NCBI GenBank assembly: GCA_031960925.1
Contig: JAVSBY010000013.1
Location: 56,646-120,645, forward strand
From: Gilliamella sp. CRA003912
GTDB lineage: Bacteria > Pseudomonadota > Gammaproteobacteria > Enterobacterales > Orbaceae
DNA: 64,000 bases
Direction of reading: 5' to 3'
The notes below the pieces were generated by a model that was not told the origin of the DNA, did no database searches, and saw only the letters and a list, made by a program, of their open reading frames with translations. Both the position numbers and the translations under genes were made by a program. Position 1 is the stretch's first letter, and every line of letters begins with the position of its first letter. Of the stretch, positions 62,321 to 64,000 are shown in pieces.

Positions 62321-64000
62321 ATGACCAAAGTATCAATCGAAACACTGGCTCAAGAAATTAATACCCCAGTGCAAACACTTTTGCAACAGTTTGCTGATGC
62401 GGGTATGAAAAAAACCGCATCAGATTTTGTGAGTCAAAAGGAAAAAGAGGACTTACTTGCTCATTTGCATCCTCAGCAAGGTCCAACAAAGCTCACTGTA
62501 CAGCGAAAAACCCACTCAACATTGAATGTTGCAAGTGGCAGTGGTAAAAGTAAAGAAGTTAAAGTTGAAGTGCGAAAAAAACGGACATTTGTCAAACGCG
62601 ATCCTGTTGATATAGCTGCTGAGCAAGAAAAAGCAAGACTTGAAGCAGAGCAACAAGCGAAACAAGAAATGGAAGAAAAAGCACGTAAAGAAGCGGAACA
62701 AAAGGCTAAAATGGCTGCAGAAGAAGAGAGAAAACGTAAAGAAGCTGAAGCAAAAGCAGCTCAAGTGGCTAAACAACAAGAGTTAGCTGATCCTAAACAA
62801 AAGAAAATCCAAGAAGAAAAAGCCCGTTTGGAAGCTGAAGCGAACGAAATTAAACGTAAAGCTGAGGAAGAAAATCGACGCAAATTGGAAGAAGAAGCAA
62901 AGCGCGTTGCAGAAGAAGCGCGTCAGCTTGCTGAAAAATACAAAGATGAAACGGATACTCCGCGTTCATCGGATGATGAAGATTATCATGTTACTACATC
63001 TAAATACGCAAGAGCTGCTGAAGATGAGACCGACCGCGAAGTAGAAAGTGGACGTGGCCGAGGTCGCAGTAATAAAGCGGTTAAACAGAAAAAAACCAGC
63101 AAATTATCAGAAAGTAAAGCAGAGCGAGAAGAAGCAAGAGCGGTAACGCGTGGTGGCCATAAAAAACGTGGCAAAAGCACATTACAGCAAGGCTTTAATA
63201 AACCTGTTCAAGCCGTTAACCGTGATGTCGTGATTGGTGAAACAATTACTGTTGCTGAGCTAGCAAACAAAATGGCTGTGAAAGGGTCCGAAGTGATCAA
63301 AACCATGATGAAAATGGGGGCAATGGCAACCATCAATCAGGTAATTGACCAAGAAACAGCACAATTAGTTGCTGAAGAGATGGGACATAAAGTGGTGTTG
63401 CGCCGTGAAAATGAACTTGAAGAGTCATTAATGAGCGATCGCGATACCGGCGCTGAAAAAGTCTCTCGTGCGCCAGTTGTGACTATCATGGGGCACGTTG
63501 ATCATGGTAAAACCTCATTGCTAGACTATATTCGTAAAGCGAAAGTGGCATCGGGCGAAGCGGGTGGTATTACTCAGCATATCGGTGCTTATCACGTTAA
63601 AACGGCAAATGGCGATATCACATTTTTAGATACTCCAGGCCATGCTGCATTTACTTCGATGCGTGCTCGTGGTGCTAAGGCAACCGACATCGTTGTTCTT
63701 GTTGTTGCGGCAGATGATGGTGTGATGCCGCAAACCATTGAAGCGATTCAACATGCGAAAGCAGCGAATGTGCCAATTGTTGTTGCTGTAAATAAAATTG
63801 ATAAACCTGAAGCGGATCCGGATCGCGTTAAAGGTGAACTTGCTCAATATGGCGTAATGTCAGAAGATTGGGGCGGTGATTCGCAGTTTGTTCATGTATC
63901 AGCAAAAGCAGGAACGGGTATCGATCAACTTCTTGAAGCCATTTTACTTCAAGCGGAAGTGCTTGAACTAACCGCTTACGAAACAGGTATGGCGAGCGGC
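62321..64000 (+). CDS. infB: Translation initiation factor IF-2 (3'-truncated by the window edge; not in the ORF track)
   Basis: ATG 62321 after GAGGG. Hand-read motifs [33 protein letters not shown] and NKID. Confidence 0.98.
   Translation, partial: MTKVSIETLAQEINTPVQTLLQQFADAGMKKTASDFVSQKEKEDLLAHLHPQQGPTKLTVQRKTHSTLNVASGSGKSKEVKVEVRKKRTFVKRDPVDIAAEQEKARLEAEQQAKQEMEEKARKEAEQKAKMAAEEERKRKEAEAKAAQVAKQQELADPKQKKIQEEKARLEAEANEIKRKAEEENRRKLEEEAKRVAEEARQLAEKYKDETDTPRSSDDEDYHVTTSKYARAAEDETDREVESGRGRGRSNKAVKQKKTSKLSESKAEREEARAVTRGGHKKRGKSTLQQGFNKPVQAVNRDVVIGETITVAELANKMAVKGSEVIKTMMKMGAMATINQVIDQETAQLVAEEMGHKVVLRRENELEESLMSDRDTGAEKVSRAPVVTIMGHVDHGKTSLLDYIRKAKVASGEAGGITQHIGAYHVKTANGDITFLDTPGHAAFTSMRARGAKATDIVVLVVAADDGVMPQTIEAIQHAKAANVPIVVAVNKIDKPEADPDRVKGELAQYGVMSEDWGGDSQFVHVSAKAGTGIDQLLEAILLQAEVLELTAYETGMASG

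Noticed and set aside
62600..62950. Low-complexity GAA/GCA-rich tract
   Set aside because: This is the normal Glu/Ala/Lys-rich helical region of the IF-2 N-terminus.

Overview
Mostly core-chromosome DNA from a low-GC gammaproteobacterium. Protein similarity and gene content suggest Orbaceae (Gilliamella/Frischella/Orbus-like insect gut symbionts); this is inference, not a search result. In order, the window holds: a partial LysR regulator; rpsO-pnp-nlpI-deaD; the complete dcw cluster (mraZ to lpxC); yfbR; an orphan waaY-like kinase; hslVU; ybgC-tolQRA without tolB-pal; cydABX (cydX is missing from the ORF track); sucCD without sucAB/sdh; fldA-fur-yciB-yciA-clsA; a cpdA split by a single-base frameshift; nudF; tolC; rplY; yeaD; tpx; sotB; yhcC; glyA; an uncharacterised 718-aa membrane protein with an EF-hand-like loop; uup-pqiABC; an MHS-family transporter plus a divergent nucleoside hydrolase; tRNA-fMet; and rimP-nusA-infB (partial). 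I saw no prophage, IS element, CRISPR array or recognisable defence system. The best leads are the 718-aa membrane protein, the cpdA TTT-TAA frameshift, the transporter/hydrolase pair, an enlarged pnp leader stem and two Firmicutes-type genes. All comparisons to reference proteins are from memory of those families and need confirming by search.
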